Shown here one piece after another: positions 30,830-39,047 of a stretch of 64,000 nt of DNA. How positions within the stretch are numbered: the first letter of the stretch is position 1; each line of letters begins with the position of its first letter. The notes under the pieces are model-generated. The model saw only the letters and a list, made by a program, of their open reading frames with translations, did no database searches and was not told where the DNA came from. The translations under genes and the position numbers were made by a program. The DNA comes from Verrucomicrobiales bacterium (GTDB lineage: Bacteria > Verrucomicrobiota > Verrucomicrobiia > Limisphaerales > UBA9464), in NCBI GenBank assembly GCA_027488845.1, contig JAIYBC010000055.1, forward strand, positions 77,301 through 141,300. Reading direction: 5' to 3'.

Positions 30830-31072
30830 ATGAGTGAACTGAAGCATCGTGTCTCCCGCACCTGTCCCGAGTGCGGTTCCGCAAACCTCCGTCAAACCAC
30901 CACCGCCTCCGCCGGCGCCTACGGTCCGGTCCTGCTGCCCGGCCTCGGAGGCTTCCTCCATTCCGCGCAGCTCCGCGTGGTGGTCTGTGCCGATTGCGGC
31001 CTGACCCGCTTCTACGCGGATTCCAAGGCCTTGGCGAAGCTGCCCACGTCCGGTCGCTGGTTCGCCCTCTGA
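30830..31072 (+). CDS. small zinc-ribbon protein
   Basis: 80 aa with two CxxC pairs (CPECGS...CADCGL), 35 nt upstream of the flotillin gene. Confidence 0.5.
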   Translation: MSELKHRVSRTCPECGSANLRQTTTASAGAYGPVLLPGLGGFLHSAQLRVVVCADCGLTRFYADSKALAKLPTSGRWFAL

Positions 31073-31106
31073 CCCGACCACCCACCGAACAAGGAAAGGA
31101 GTTCCC

Positions 31107-32894
31107 ATGACCGCTGTCATTTCCGTCGCGGGTGCCGCCATCACGGCAGGCTGGATCCTGCTGGGCTTGCTCGTCCTCTACTGGCTCCTCGGCCTGGTCC
31201 TCATCGACGAGCGCCAGGTGGGCGTCGTCGTGAAGCGCTTCGCCTCGAAGTCCCTCCAGCCCGGACGCCTCGTCGCCCTCGACGGGGAGGCCGGCTACCA
31301 GGCGGACACGTTGGCTCCGGGCCTCCATTTCGGCTACTGGCGCTGGCAGTACCAGATCCTGAAGGTGCCCGTCACCGAGGTCGCCCCGGGCGGGATCGCG
31401 CTCGTGGTGGCCGCGGACGGCGCCCCCATCCCGCCCGAACGGATCCTCGGCCAGGTGGTGGACTGCGACGACTTCCAGGATGCCCGGAAGTTCCTTGTGA
31501 ATGGCGGTGAACGCGGGCGTCAGCTCGGCTTGATCACGGCCGGCACCTACCGCATCAACACGGCGCTGTTCACGGTGATCACCGCGATCCAGGCGCCTTC
31601 CCACGGCATGAGCCCGGGCGCCTTGTTCGTCCAGCGGGTGGAGCCGGACATGGTGGGCATCGTCACCACGCTGGACGGTCGCCCCATCGATCCGGGCGAG
31701 ATCGCCGGCCCCGTGGTGGCCAACCATGACAACTTCCAGAACGCCCAGGCGTTTCTCGATGGCGGCGGACGTCGCGGCCTCCAGGAGCAGGTGCTTCTCA
31801 GCGGCAGCTGGAACCTCAACCCGTGGTTCGCCCAGGTGGAGCAGGTGCGCATGGTGGAGGTGCCCATCGGGTCGGTCGGCGTGGTGATCTCCTACGTCGG
31901 CGCGGCGCATGTCGACGTCAGCGGCACCGACTTCAAGCACGGCGACCTGGTCAACGTGGGCCACAAGGGCGTGTGGGTTTCGCCGCTCTATCCGGGACGC
32001 CATCCGCTGAACACGCACATCATGAAGGTGGAGCTGGTGCCCACCACCAACATCGTCCTGAACTGGGCCTCGCGGACGGAGTCGCACCACTACGACGCCA
32101 AGCTCTCGTCGATCACCGTGCGGTCCTGCGACGGCTTCGCCTTCAACCTCGACGTCTCGCAGATCATCCATGTCGGGGCGCTCGACGCTCCCAAGGTGAT
32201 CTCGCGGGTGGGCTCGATGCAGAACCTGGTGGACCACGTCCTGCAGCCGATCGTGGGCAACTACTTCCGCAACTCCGCCCAGGACTACACCGTGCTCGAC
32301 TTCCTCGGCGCCCGCAGCCAGCGGCAGGTCGAGGCGGCCTCGCACATCCGCACGGCGTTGGCGGCCTACGACGTCCAGGCGATCGACACGCTGATCGGCG
32401 ACATCAACCCGCCGGGCGAGCTGATGCAGACCCAGACCGACCGCAAGATCGCCGAGGAACAGCGCAAGACCTACGAGGTGCAGGAGGCCGCCCAGGTGCA
32501 ACGCCAGCAGTTGGTGCGGCAGACCTCGATGGCGGACATCCAGCAGCAGGTGGTCGGTGCGGAGCAGGGGGTGAACATCGCCGAGCTGAAGTCCAACGCG
32601 CACATCAAGCAGGCCACCGGCGAAGCCGAGGCGATCCGCCTCCGTTCGATCGGCGAGGCCGAGGCCATCCGGGCGACCGGTTCGGCCAAGGCCGAGGCGT
32701 ATCGGTCGGGCGTGGAGGCCCTGGGCGCCCAAGGCTACACCCTGATGCAGATGATGCAGATCGTCGGCGAGCGGAACGTGCGGATCGTCCCGGATGTCGC
32801 CGTGACCGGCGCCGGCGGGCAGGCCGGCCTGGTGGAAGGCCTGCTCGGCACGCTGCTGCGGAAGGAAACCGTCGCCATCGCGTCCAAGGCGTGA
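31107..32894 (+). CDS. flotillin-like SPFH/band-7 family protein
   Basis: An N-terminal TM anchor, an SPFH domain, and a long Ala/Glu/Gln-rich coiled-coil C-terminus (EAEAIRLRSIGEAEAIRATGSAKAEAYRSG). Confidence 0.85.
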   Translation: MTAVISVAGAAITAGWILLGLLVLYWLLGLVLIDERQVGVVVKRFASKSLQPGRLVALDGEAGYQADTLAPGLHFGYWRWQYQILKVPVTEVAPGGIALVVAADGAPIPPERILGQVVDCDDFQDARKFLVNGGERGRQLGLITAGTYRINTALFTVITAIQAPSHGMSPGALFVQRVEPDMVGIVTTLDGRPIDPGEIAGPVVANHDNFQNAQAFLDGGGRRGLQEQVLLSGSWNLNPWFAQVEQVRMVEVPIGSVGVVISYVGAAHVDVSGTDFKHGDLVNVGHKGVWVSPLYPGRHPLNTHIMKVELVPTTNIVLNWASRTESHHYDAKLSSITVRSCDGFAFNLDVSQIIHVGALDAPKVISRVGSMQNLVDHVLQPIVGNYFRNSAQDYTVLDFLGARSQRQVEAASHIRTALAAYDVQAIDTLIGDINPPGELMQTQTDRKIAEEQRKTYEVQEAAQVQRQQLVRQTSMADIQQQVVGAEQGVNIAELKSNAHIKQATGEAEAIRLRSIGEAEAIRATGSAKAEAYRSGVEALGAQGYTLMQMMQIVGERNVRIVPDVAVTGAGGQAGLVEGLLGTLLRKETVAIASKA

Positions 32895-32906
32895 CATTCC
32901 GACACG

Positions 32907-32947
32907 CGGGGCCGGGATCCGACCCGTCGGATCCCGGCCCCTTTTTC
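32907..32947 (+). terminator. rho-independent terminator after the flotillin gene
   Basis: A 16-bp GC-rich stem (ggggccgggatccgac / gtcggatcccggcccc) followed by ttttt. Confidence 0.7.
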
Positions 32948-33075
32948 CCGGCATAGAGGAGATCTGTCTCCTCGTCGTCGCGTTTCGTTTTCCCGCGGGC
33001 TTGTCTCCGGCGCCGAGCGCGAACGAGAGTGCCGAAGCTGCCGGTTCGAAACGGCCGAAATTCCTCCGCTGACCC

Positions 33076-33306
33076 ATGGACGAAGCCATCAAGGGAATCC
33101 TGCTCGGAATGTTCCTGCTGGCTGCCGGAGCCTTCGCCTTCGGCGGCGCGGTTTGGCGCTGGGGATTCTACGTCTGCAGCCGCAAGTTTCGGAATCTGGA
33201 GGATTTGATCGGGGTCAAGGCGACCCAATGGTTCCATATCGTGTTGGGCATCGGGTTGATGTGCCTGGGTGTGGTCGTCCTGGTCGTTGTGGCCGTTCCG
33301 CGTTGA
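33076..33306 (+). CDS. small two-TM membrane protein
   Basis: 76 aa with two hydrophobic helices (ILLGMFLLAAGAFAFGGAV; IVLGIGLMCLGVVVLVVVAV). Low confidence. Confidence 0.4.
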   Translation: MDEAIKGILLGMFLLAAGAFAFGGAVWRWGFYVCSRKFRNLEDLIGVKATQWFHIVLGIGLMCLGVVVLVVVAVPR

Positions 33307-33360
33307 GGCTGTGGCAGCCTCCCTTCTCTTCGAAAGACGACAGACCCGTCCCATTCCGCC

Positions 33361-33508
33361 ACGTGACCACGTCTCCTTCGGCGTGCGGGTGTAGGAGACG
33401 ACGTGAGGAGTCTCTGGCCGACTTGCGGGCGTCGTGGATTGGGATTGGTTTCTCGGGGGGACAGAGACTCGTGACCTCGTCTCTTACGGCGTGCAGGGTT
33501 GCGTCATG
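33361..33508 (+). repeat. copy 1 of a repeated ~60-nt intergenic element (units U1-U2-U3 with ACGTG cores at 20-nt spacing), plus an adjacent partial second copy (U1-U2 at 33469-33508)
   Basis: The element reads acgtgaccacgtctccttcg|gcgtgcgggtgtaggagacg|acgtgaggagtctc. Related copies are at 37367-37398 and 42505-42564. The shared core is GTAGGAGACGACGTGAGGAG. Confidence 0.7.
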
Positions 33509-35962
33509 TGCGCGTTCTCATGGTTCCGGTGGAGGGGTGGGTTGACGTTGGCCCTGTGCTTCACTTTGCCTGCCTTCGCCGCGGACCGGACGCCGGCCCG
33601 TCCGAGCCTGAGTGGCATCTACCCGCATCTCGCCATGTTCAATGACGATGGGGAATGCGGCACGGGCGCCGTGGTGCCGTGGGCCGGTCGCCTTTGGGTG
33701 ATCACCTATTCGCCGCACAAGCCCAATGGGTCCACCGACAGGCTCTACGAGATCGACGACGCCCTGAATCCGACCATCCGCCCCGAGAGCGTCGGGGGCA
33801 CGCCGGCCAACCGGATGATCCATGCCGAGTCGCAGCAGCTCCTGATCGGGCCCTATGTGATCGACACGAACCGCCACGTCCGAGTGCTCACGCCCCAGAA
33901 GATGCCGGGTCGCCTCACCGGCACGGCGCGGCACCTGACCGATCCGGCGAACAAGGTCCTCTACGCCACGATGGAGGAGGGGTTTTACGAGGTGGACGTA
34001 CGTTCGCTCGCCGTCACCCGGCTTTACCCGGACGCGAATGGCGATGCCGGCGGCCATGCCGGGGCGCTGCTGCCGGGCTATCACGGCAAGGGCCTGTACT
34101 CCGGGCAGGGCCGGCTGGTGTACGCGAACAACGGCGAACTTTCCCGGGATGCCCAGACGCGTCCGGACATCGAGTCGGGCTGCCTCGCGGAATGGGACGG
34201 GACGAACTGGACCGTGGTCCGGCGCAACCAGTTCACCGACGTCTCCGGCCCCGGCGGCATCGCGGGCAACGCCCATGCCGCCACGGATCCGCTCTGGAGC
34301 ATCGGCTGGGACCACCGTTCGCTGATCCTGATGCTCCGCGACGGCGGGCGCTGGCAGACGTTTCGCCTGCCGAAGTCGAGCCACTCCTACGACGGCGCGC
34401 ACGGCTGGAACACCGAGTGGCCGCGCATCCGGGACATCGGCGAAAAGGATCTGCTGATGACGATGCACGGCCAGTTCTGGCGTTTCCCGAAGACCTTCTC
34501 CGCCGCAAACACGGCCGGCATCCGACCGCGCTCCAGCTACCTGAAGGTCGTGGGCGACTTCGCCCGTTGGCACGACCGGGTCGTCCTCGGCTGCGATGAC
34601 ACGGCGAAGAACGAGTTCCTGAACAAGCGTGCCGCCAAGGGCGCCCTTGCCGGACCGGGCCAGTCGCAGTCGAACCTCCAGTTCGTGGACCCCGCGCAGC
34701 TCGACCGCATCGGTCCGCCCCTGGGCCGCGGTGCGGTGTGGTGGAACGAGTCGGTGAAGGCGGGAGTTCCAAGCGATGCGTTCCTGTTCGCGGGCTTCGC
34801 CGAACGTGGCCTGCACCTGGCGCACGGCGAGGCGGCGCCCGTGACATTCACGCTGGAAACCGGCGACGCCCGCGGGCGCTGGAGAACCCTGCGATCCGTG
34901 ACCGTGCCGGCCCACGGCGCGCAGTGGATCGCCTTCCGGCCATCCGATCCTGGCGAATGGATCCGGCTCACCACGGACCGCGACGCGGCCCTGGTGTCCG
35001 CCCAGTTCCAGTACTCGGCCGAGGATTCCCGTTCGGCTCAGGCGGACTCCGTGTTCGCGGGCGTGGCGCCGGCGGAGGCGACGGACTATTCCGGTGGCGT
35101 CATCCGCACCCGCGGCGACAATCTGCGAACCCTCGCCTTTGCGGCCACCTCGGTTCGAGGCGGCCGGGCCGTGGGCGAGGGCTTTTACGAACTTGGCGCC
35201 GACCTGAAGCTGGTGCGGCGGAACGATCCGGCCGCCCTCGCGTGGACCAAGGCGAACACGGCGGTTCCCGCCGGCGTGCTGCGCGTGGACGCCGCCAGCG
35301 TGGTCTTCACCGACGACCGTGGGAGACGCTGGCGCCTGCCCAAGGGAGCCGCTGCGTTGGCCGGAGACGCCGCGTTGCCCCTGCGCGTGGACCGCGAGGT
35401 CTGCACCGAGCGCGACCTCTTCCAGGCCATGGGCACCTTCTACGAACTCCCGGCGGAGAATGCCGGAGGCTTCGCCAAGGTGCGTCCCATCACGACGCAC
35501 AACCGCCGCATCACCGACTATTGTTCGTATCGCGGCCTTCTCATCCTCTCCGGCGTCGCCACGGATGCACCGGCCGGAACTCCCCATGTCATCCGCTCCG
35601 AGGATGGTGCGGTCGCGTTGTGGGCCGGGGCGGTGGATGATCTGTGGCGCTTCGGCAAACCCCGCGGCCACGGCGGGCCGTGGATGGAAACCGCGGTGAA
35701 GGCGGGCGAACCGTCCGACCCGTATCTCATGACCGGCTACGACGAGAAGCGCCTCCGTTTGTCCCACGCAGAACGTGAGCCGGTGACCCTCCGCGTCGAG
35801 GTGGACCCCACCGGGAGCGGCGTTTGGCGGCCGTATCGGTCGTTTGCCGTGAAGCCGGGTGCGACCGTGAAGCACACCTTTCCGGAATCCTTCCACGCCT
35901 ATTGGGTGCGGGTCGTCGCCGACCGCGACGGCCGCGCCACCGCGCAGTTGGAGTATCGCTGA
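33506..35962 (+). CDS. large hypothetical secreted protein (818 aa)
   Basis: Start at MCAFSWFRWRGGLTLALCFTLPAFAADR (signal peptide). I recognise no family. Confidence 0.6.
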   Translation: MCAFSWFRWRGGLTLALCFTLPAFAADRTPARPSLSGIYPHLAMFNDDGECGTGAVVPWAGRLWVITYSPHKPNGSTDRLYEIDDALNPTIRPESVGGTPANRMIHAESQQLLIGPYVIDTNRHVRVLTPQKMPGRLTGTARHLTDPANKVLYATMEEGFYEVDVRSLAVTRLYPDANGDAGGHAGALLPGYHGKGLYSGQGRLVYANNGELSRDAQTRPDIESGCLAEWDGTNWTVVRRNQFTDVSGPGGIAGNAHAATDPLWSIGWDHRSLILMLRDGGRWQTFRLPKSSHSYDGAHGWNTEWPRIRDIGEKDLLMTMHGQFWRFPKTFSAANTAGIRPRSSYLKVVGDFARWHDRVVLGCDDTAKNEFLNKRAAKGALAGPGQSQSNLQFVDPAQLDRIGPPLGRGAVWWNESVKAGVPSDAFLFAGFAERGLHLAHGEAAPVTFTLETGDARGRWRTLRSVTVPAHGAQWIAFRPSDPGEWIRLTTDRDAALVSAQFQYSAEDSRSAQADSVFAGVAPAEATDYSGGVIRTRGDNLRTLAFAATSVRGGRAVGEGFYELGADLKLVRRNDPAALAWTKANTAVPAGVLRVDAASVVFTDDRGRRWRLPKGAAALAGDAALPLRVDREVCTERDLFQAMGTFYELPAENAGGFAKVRPITTHNRRITDYCSYRGLLILSGVATDAPAGTPHVIRSEDGAVALWAGAVDDLWRFGKPRGHGGPWMETAVKAGEPSDPYLMTGYDEKRLRLSHAEREPVTLRVEVDPTGSGVWRPYRSFAVKPGATVKHTFPESFHAYWVRVVADRDGRATAQLEYR

Positions 35963-36051
35963 GCGGCCAAGACTAGGGGGCTGCACACGTATCGCGGGAA
36001 TTGCGGCATCCGTTGACCGAGGCACGCCCCGGCCTTGAGAGTCGAATCCCG

Positions 36052-37365
36052 ATGAGAGTCCCCCTCCTGTTGCTTGCGGGAATCGCGGTCGGAGCCGCCC
36101 GCGTCCCGGCCGCTGGATCGACGAATCCGCCGCCCGTGGTCACGGCGATCCGCGCCGCCCGCTGGCTGCGGGTCGAGTCCGGCGAGGTGGTCTCGAACGC
36201 CGTGGTGCTGGTCTCGGAAGACCGGATCGTGGACGCCGGAGCCGCTGGGAAAGTGGTCGTGCCGGCCGACGCGAAGGTCATCGACCTCCCGCGTGGCACG
36301 CTGCTGCCCGGCCTCATCGACGGTCACACCCACCTGACCTTCGACGTCGAGCCGGGTTGGGAGAACGGGTCGGTCCGCGAGTCCGCCGCCGAGTCGGCCC
36401 TGCGCGGTGCGCGCAATGCGGCGGTCACGTTGCTTTCCGGCTTCACCACCGTCCGCAACCTCGGTGCCGAAGGCTTCGCGGACGTGGCCTTGGCGAAGGC
36501 CGTGGAGAAGGGCTGGGTCATCGGACCGCGGATCGTGCCCTGCGCCCATGTGCTGAGCCCGACCGGAGGTCCGGGGGACAACGACGGCTTCATTCCGGGC
36601 GTGGTCGAGCGGGGCTACCGCCAGGGAGTCGCGGACGGCGTGGAGGCGGCGGTTGCGGCGGTCCGTTACCAGATCAAGCACGGCGCGAAGGTCGTGAAGG
36701 TGATGGCCACCGCAGGGGTGATGTCCTTCGAGGGCACCGCGGGTGCCCAGCAGTTCTCCGAGGCGGAACTGCGGGCGATCTGCGAGGAAGCCCACCGACA
36801 TGGCGTCCGGGTCGCGGCGCACGCGCACGGACCGGAGGGGATCGAGGCGGCGATCCGGGCCGGCGTGGACTCCGTCGAGCACGGTTCGCTGATGGGCGAC
36901 GCCGGGATCACCCTGATGAAGGAGAAGGGGACCTGGCTCGTGCCGACCCTGGCCACCTGGTACTGGGACCAGTTCACCCCGGAGGACAGCTATCCGGCGG
37001 CGATGTGGAAGAAGATCCGCTCGATGGGTCGGCTCCGTGTGGATTTCCAGAAGAAGGCCATCGCGGCCGGCGTGAAGGTGGCGCTGGGCTCGGACGCGGG
37101 CACATATCCACACGGGAAGAACAACCTGGAGTTCTGGCAGCTCACGGAGTTCGGGCTGACGCCGCTGCAGGCAGTCCAGGCCGGCACCATCCGCGCGGCG
37201 GAGATGCTGGGGATGGAGAAGGAGATCGGTCGGGTCTCTCCCGGATTCCTCGCCGACCTGGTGGTGGTGGACGGCGATCCGGTGGCCGACATCCGGGCGA
37301 TGGAACGCGTCGGCTTCGTGATGAAGGGCGGCGTGGTCTACACGAACGCGTGGAGACCGAAGTAG
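36052..37365 (+). CDS. secreted amidohydrolase family protein (metal-dependent hydrolase)
   Basis: Signal peptide, then the amidohydrolase metal-binding motifs (GLIDGHTHL; VAAHAHGPEG; VEHGS; ALGSDAG). Start at MRVPLLLLAG. Confidence 0.8.
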   Translation: MRVPLLLLAGIAVGAARVPAAGSTNPPPVVTAIRAARWLRVESGEVVSNAVVLVSEDRIVDAGAAGKVVVPADAKVIDLPRGTLLPGLIDGHTHLTFDVEPGWENGSVRESAAESALRGARNAAVTLLSGFTTVRNLGAEGFADVALAKAVEKGWVIGPRIVPCAHVLSPTGGPGDNDGFIPGVVERGYRQGVADGVEAAVAAVRYQIKHGAKVVKVMATAGVMSFEGTAGAQQFSEAELRAICEEAHRHGVRVAAHAHGPEGIEAAIRAGVDSVEHGSLMGDAGITLMKEKGTWLVPTLATWYWDQFTPEDSYPAAMWKKIRSMGRLRVDFQKKAIAAGVKVALGSDAGTYPHGKNNLEFWQLTEFGLTPLQAVQAGTIRAAEMLGMEKEIGRVSPGFLADLVVVDGDPVADIRAMERVGFVMKGGVVYTNAWRPK

Positions 37366-37366
37366 C

Positions 37367-37398
37367 TCGCACGTGTAGGAGACGACGTGAGGAGTCTC
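37367..37398 (+). repeat. copy 2 (short form, U2-U3) of the repeated element
   Basis: gctcgcacgtgtaggagacgacgtgaggagtctc starts 2 nt after the amidohydrolase stop. The U3 tail is identical to copy 1. Confidence 0.65.
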
Positions 37399-37520
37399 AA
37401 ACAGCCGACAAGGATAGGCGGTAGACCGAGGTCCCGGAATTCCCGGGAAGTCCGTCTGCGATGGGCCGTGGATTCGGGCGGGGGTAGGCGTTCCGTAACC
37501 CTCGGCCGGGTCGGATGCGG

Positions 37521-38243
37521 TCAACCGCCGCCGCGTCTCCGAAGCCGGTTCCATCCCGCGCAGGCCGCGACGGCCACGATGGCGGTCCAAGTCGAGGACT
37601 CCGGCACGGCCGTCGCGCCCGAAAGGGTCAACGACCAGCTTTCCAGTCGCATCTGTCCGCCCAATTCGAGGTCCGCCACGTTCAGCCGCCACAGACCGTT
37701 TCCGTCCTGTCCGTGGAAGACCGCCAAGGACAAGGGCCGTTGGGTGTCGGCCGGCTGCACCCGGCCATCCGGTTGGAAGGCTCCGGCGAGGATCCCATCC
37801 AGCAGGGTCGCCCCGTGGATGTCCCCTCCCACGGCGTCGTCGGCGAGGGTCACATCCCAGCCGTTGTAGCCGTGGCCGATCGGATCCCCGAGGGAGATGC
37901 CCACGCCGTTGATCAGGTTCGCCGTCCGGAGCTCGGTGGATCCAGCCACGTCGAGCACCTGCGACAACGAGACGAACATCTCGCTGGCGAAACCGCCCAC
38001 CCCGTCCACGCCGCGTAGCACCAGACCGACCTCGACTCTGGATACGGACCGGATCGACGAGTCGACAACCTCGATGTCGAAACCCACCGGTACCGGTTGG
38101 TCGTCGGCGAGCGTGTAGCCGATGGACTGGAAGCGTGACGCCTCGGAGACGAAGTCCGCCCAGGCGGAGCCGCTGACGAGCAGGGCCGCTCCCAGGGTTG
38201 GTGCGAATCGGGAGAACCGGGGACAGAAAGGGAAGGGCTTCAT
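37521..38243 (-). CDS. PEP-CTERM sorting-domain protein with a proprotein-convertase P-domain-like beta-sandwich
   Basis: A signal peptide and a C-terminal VPESSTWTAIVAVAACAGWNRLRRR, which has the PEP motif, a TM helix and an Arg cluster. Its start overlaps the upstream gene's stop (38240-38243). Confidence 0.75.
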   Translation of the reverse strand: MKPFPFCPRFSRFAPTLGAALLVSGSAWADFVSEASRFQSIGYTLADDQPVPVGFDIEVVDSSIRSVSRVEVGLVLRGVDGVGGFASEMFVSLSQVLDVAGSTELRTANLINGVGISLGDPIGHGYNGWDVTLADDAVGGDIHGATLLDGILAGAFQPDGRVQPADTQRPLSLAVFHGQDGNGLWRLNVADLELGGQMRLESWSLTLSGATAVPESSTWTAIVAVAACAGWNRLRRRGGG

Positions 38244-39025
38244 GGCTGGGATACGGCGCGGTAGAGGCGCATCGGGGAGGTGGTTGTGGGATCAACCTGA
38301 CGGAAGACGCCGTTGGTTCCCGCGGTTGTCGAACCGGGAAGGTTGCTCCAGACGCGGGGAGGCAGGAGGTCGTCGGTGAACTGGACCCGGTAGGTCCGGT
38401 ACGGCACGCCGATGAAGAGGATCTCGATCTCGGCTCCGGTGTGCCGGAGTCGCAGCGCGTTCGGGGCGGACTCGGGCTCGCCGGGAACGGAGAACCTCAG
38501 CCGGACGGTGCCGAATGCCCGGTGCGAGGAACCGGCTTGGCCGTCGGAGACGACATACCGGAACTCGTCGTCGCCGGGAGGACCCGCAGGCGGTTGGTAC
38601 ACCAGCCACGAACCGACCCGGGCGATTGACCCGCCGCGTTCGGTGGTGTTCGACCAGCCTTCGAGGATCAACCCGTAGCCCAACAGCGAGCGGTCGTCGG
38701 CCACGAGCGAGGCCAACGGGATCTTCACGGAACGGCCCGCCTGGAACTCCGCGACGTCCTCGGTCGGCGCGACCACCGATCTCAACGTGAGGACGTTCCA
38801 GAAGCCGGAGTGCAGGAGGAACCCGGACGTGGAGCGGGTCGACGTGCCCGCGACCGCCTGGCCCACGCTGCCCGAGAGGGCGAAGCAGGAACCGGAGGCC
38901 GAGGCGGAACCGTGGAAGGAGCCCCGCACGAGGCCGAACTCCGCGCGCAGACGCGAGGCGGCGGGCACCAGCGACAGGCCGACGCCGAGGGCGTAGGCGC
39001 AGGAACGGAATCGGGAGGTCTTCAT
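38240..39025 (-). CDS. hypothetical secreted protein
   Basis: Start at MKTSRFRSCAYALGVGLSLVPAAS (signal peptide); the ORF-track upstream extension is unlikely to be genic. It is 22 nt downstream of the tail-fiber-like gene, and its stop overlaps the next gene's start. Confidence 0.55.
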   Translation of the reverse strand: MKTSRFRSCAYALGVGLSLVPAASRLRAEFGLVRGSFHGSASASGSCFALSGSVGQAVAGTSTRSTSGFLLHSGFWNVLTLRSVVAPTEDVAEFQAGRSVKIPLASLVADDRSLLGYGLILEGWSNTTERGGSIARVGSWLVYQPPAGPPGDDEFRYVVSDGQAGSSHRAFGTVRLRFSVPGEPESAPNALRLRHTGAEIEILFIGVPYRTYRVQFTDDLLPPRVWSNLPGSTTAGTNGVFRQVDPTTTSPMRLYRAVSQP

Positions 39026-39047
39026 CGCGGTGTTGGAACCTTCCGGA

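Noticed and set aside
33361-33420. Interpretation of the repeated element as integron attC sites
   Set aside because: Its position flanking cassettes prompted the idea. However, there is no R''/L''-L'/R' imperfect inverted-repeat architecture or GTTRRRY core, and no intI nearby. The element is instead made of direct 20-nt units.
35899-38295. 798-aa minus ORF across amidohydrolase/PEP-CTERM genes
   Set aside because: It is antisense or out of frame to genes with clear motifs, and is low-complexity.
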